Part shown: one piece after another, positions 30,654 through 32,499 of the stretch
Layout: the number at the start of each line of letters is the position of its first letter
Numbering within the stretch: the stretch's first letter is position 1
DNA from: Myxococcales bacterium
GTDB taxonomy: Bacteria; Myxococcota_A; Polyangia; Palsa-1104
DNA: 32,499 nucleotides
Direction: 5' to 3'
Assembly: GCA_023248835.1 (NCBI GenBank)
Contig: JAHFDU010000001.1
Coordinates: 1-32,499, forward strand
The notes under the pieces: model-generated
The model's input: only the letters and a program-made list of their open reading frames with translations
Database searches by the model: none
Told to the model about the DNA's origin: nothing
Program-made: the position numbers and the translations under genes

Positions 30654-30881
30654 TAGGCCTTCTGCTCGGTGCGATAGGAGGAGATTGTTTTTTCCCTACG
30701 ATAACGAACCCGGGATTGACCACTGGCCGAGGCGAGCACACCCGCAGCGTCGGGAAGCCCATATCGGCTACTTTGTCGAGCCCACCTACTTGATGTAGGG
30801 GTTCAAACTTCGCCTCCGTCGGCCAGCGCGGTTGGTTTGTATTTCGGGACGGCGCAATGCGAATTGCGCCGTTTCATTTTT
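30654..30881 (+). ncRNA. Candidate structured leader/ncRNA (about 228 nt) between promoter and terminator; class not recognised
   Basis: Bounded by the TGCTATAAT promoter and an intrinsic terminator. It has a long-range helix ACCACTGGCCGAGG (30720-30733) with CCTC..TCGGCCAG..GGT (30813-30832), an internal hairpin CCTAC-TTGAT-GTAGG, and no convincing ORF. Confidence 0.3.
30848..30881 (+). terminator. Intrinsic terminator
   Basis: Stem GACGGCGCAAT / ATTGCGCCGTT (10-11 bp) with GCGA loop, followed by TCATTTTTGG. It lies 71 nt upstream of the ATG at 30952. Confidence 0.6.
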
Positions 30882-30951
30882 GGCAACATTTTTTTAGATA
30901 GACGTTCATCCGCCTTTTCTGTTTAATCGGTTGCACCAAGGAAGGGTGTGT

Positions 30952-32295
30952 ATGAACTACACCAAATTTTTGTCTCTATTTGGGATGACGCTGATTGTGG
31001 CCGCGTGTACGCGTCACAATCCCGGTTTTCACGTCTCCACTGACACTACAGGTGATGGCGGCGCTGCCCTCGGTGACGCCGCAATGTCCGACGCGGCGTC
31101 GTTACCGAACATGGATGCTGCACACCACGAAGATATGCCGGTCGGTTGCACGCCGATCACCTGCGCTCAGGTCGGGCGCAATTGCGGCGACCTCGACGAC
31201 GGCTGCGGCCACGCTCTGCACTGCGGCGACTGCCACGGCACCGATACTTGCGGCGGCGACGGCCGAGCCGGAATCTGTGGTTGCACGCCTACCACCTGCA
31301 GCGCACTCGGCAAGAACTGTAGCAGCGTCAGCGACGGCTGCGGCCATTCTCTGTTCTGTGGATCTTGCAGCGGCTACGATACTTGCGGCGGCGGCGGAGC
31401 GATCGGCGTCTGCGGCTGCACGCCGAAATCCTGCGTCGCGCAAAGAAAAAACTGCGGCAATGTCAGCGATGGTTGCGGGCGTACAATGAACTGCGGCTCA
31501 TGCAATAATGGCGAAGTCTGCGGCGGCGCCGGCGAGAGCAATGTCTGCGGCCGCATGCCGTGCGTGCCGCGCAGCTGCGTAAGCCAGGGCAAAAACTGCG
31601 ACAGCATCGACGATGGCTGCGGCATGACGTTGGCGTGTGGCTCCTGTACCGCTCCGCAAACTTGCGGCGGAGGTGGCCAAGACAATGTGTGCGGGTGTCC
31701 TGCCGAAAGTGATGCCGTTTTCTGCGCTCGCCTCGGCGCTGCCTGTGGTTTCTTGAGTGGGCGCGACAATTGCGGCAACGCGCGATCTGCCAGCTGCGGC
31801 GGCTGTTCATTTCCGAACATCTGCGGCGGCGGCGGCGTCACCAACCAGTGCGGATGCACGCCCAATTGCTCGGGCAGAGTGTGCGGCGACGATGGCTGCG
31901 GCGGAACTTGCTCGCCAGGGTGCCCGATGACCCGCACCTGTTTCGCCGGAACGCGCTGCGTTTGCCTGCTCACCGATATGGAAACCTATAAAGTCGATGG
32001 AACCATGGTGGACTGGAACAAGTTCAAACGCGTCCGGATCACTCTCACACCCGCCGGCGACAACCTGCTCGGTGCGGGTCACAGCCAAATGGTTTTGCTC
32101 ACCAAAACCAATCAAACCCAAACGCTCACTCTTATCGGCTGCGTCCTCGACGTGCAGTACAAAGCCGACTATTACACCGGCGACTTTGGTTCGTCGTTGT
32201 GCAGCGATGGTCCGCGCGAGATCGTCGGCCAGATGTCGATCGTCGTCGACAGCCCGAACGTAAACATGGGGCGCTGCGATTTTTCAATGATGTAA
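30952..32295 (+). CDS. Cysteine-rich repeat lipoprotein with unknown C-terminal domain
   Basis: AAGGAAGGG RBS. Lipobox MTLIVAAC. Four to five repeats of about 45 aa with the pattern C.P.(T/S)C...G(K/R)NCG...DGCG..L.CG.C....CGG.G...(V/I)CG, then CGDDGCGGTCSPGC. The last 110 aa or so are Cys-poor. Confidence 0.8.
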   Translation: MNYTKFLSLFGMTLIVAACTRHNPGFHVSTDTTGDGGAALGDAAMSDAASLPNMDAAHHEDMPVGCTPITCAQVGRNCGDLDDGCGHALHCGDCHGTDTCGGDGRAGICGCTPTTCSALGKNCSSVSDGCGHSLFCGSCSGYDTCGGGGAIGVCGCTPKSCVAQRKNCGNVSDGCGRTMNCGSCNNGEVCGGAGESNVCGRMPCVPRSCVSQGKNCDSIDDGCGMTLACGSCTAPQTCGGGGQDNVCGCPAESDAVFCARLGAACGFLSGRDNCGNARSASCGGCSFPNICGGGGVTNQCGCTPNCSGRVCGDDGCGGTCSPGCPMTRTCFAGTRCVCLLTDMETYKVDGTMVDWNKFKRVRITLTPAGDNLLGAGHSQMVLLTKTNQTQTLTLIGCVLDVQYKADYYTGDFGSSLCSDGPREIVGQMSIVVDSPNVNMGRCDFSMM

Positions 32296-32316
32296 GTACG
32301 CGCGACGAAGATTCGT

Positions 32317-32499
32317 TTATTCGATCCAGACCTTCGTGATCTGGTCGCCGCCTGAGATCTTGTCGATCACTTCGACACCCGAAATCACTTGGCCAAACAC
32401 GGTGTGTTTGCCGTTGAGATGCGGCTGCGGCGCGTGGCAAATAAAGAATTGCGATCCGCCGGTGTTGGGTCCGGCGTGCGCCATCGAGAGCGAGCCGCG
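32317..32499 (-). CDS. Cyclophilin-type peptidyl-prolyl cis-trans isomerase (C-terminal part; continues beyond the window)
   Basis: The reverse complement translates in frame from the window edge: [60 protein letters not shown], with stop TAA at 32317-32319. It is absent from the ORF track because there is no start codon inside the window. Confidence 0.9.
   Translation of the reverse strand, partial: RGSLSMAHAGPNTGGSQFFICHAPQPHLNGKHTVFGQVISGVEVIDKISGGDQITKVWIE

Noticed and set aside
30660-30770. Possible cobalamin (CCACTGG...GGGAAGCC) or SAH (GCCGAGGCGAGC) riboswitch.
   Set aside because: Only short fragments resemble the B12 box or the SAH core. The other conserved elements (GGTG..AA.TCC and AGGGAA for B12, the pseudoknot partner for SAH) are missing, and the downstream gene has no link to those ligands.
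30580-30798. 72-aa ORF (MTDGKRKSVKSLFQYGRCGR..) inside the non-coding region, and the - strand ORFs 30312..30581 and 30469..30762.
   Set aside because: There is no RBS, the composition is not host-like, no family resemblance was found, and one of them runs into the DUF420 gene. The region is better explained as regulatory or RNA.

Overview
High-GC (about 60% by eye, not computed) bacterial chromosomal window, densely coded on both strands. A MYXO-CTERM-like C-terminal sorting tail plus many FHA, TPR and lipoprotein genes suggest a Myxococcota-like host; this is inference only. Order of content: (1) a + strand operon with a CpaF-like ATPase whose catalytic motifs are all degenerate, two double-FHA proteins (one with three zinc ribbons) and a SUKH/TPR protein; (2) a C45 peptidase and a small basic protein; (3) pyrK-pyrD-polA on the - strand joined by ATGA overlaps, with pyrK split by a frameshift in an A8 run; (4) a MYXO-CTERM-type CxxCH secreted protein, an AT-rich spacer, a lower-GC SUFU-like gene and an initiator tRNA-Met; (5) TPR, EVE, flavoprotein, Fet4-like permease and UbiA-family prenyltransferase genes; (6) a lower-GC islet holding a large perfect hairpin, an IS110-family transposase remnant, an RHH/MazF toxin-antitoxin pair and a secreted hypothetical; (7) a TatT-associated TRAP transporter; (8) a heme A/copper assembly cluster (cupredoxin-like lipoprotein, ctaA, ctaB, ABC ATPase, ABC-2 permease, SCO1, DUF420); (9) a 565-nt non-coding region with promoter, structured segment and terminator, upstream of a cysteine-rich repeat lipoprotein; (10) a partial cyclophilin gene. 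A GC-rich palindromic repeat family (core CCTTCGACAAGCTCAGG) recurs at five loci. No rRNA genes or CRISPR arrays were seen. All homology calls come from reading the translations and recalling family motifs. No searches were run.
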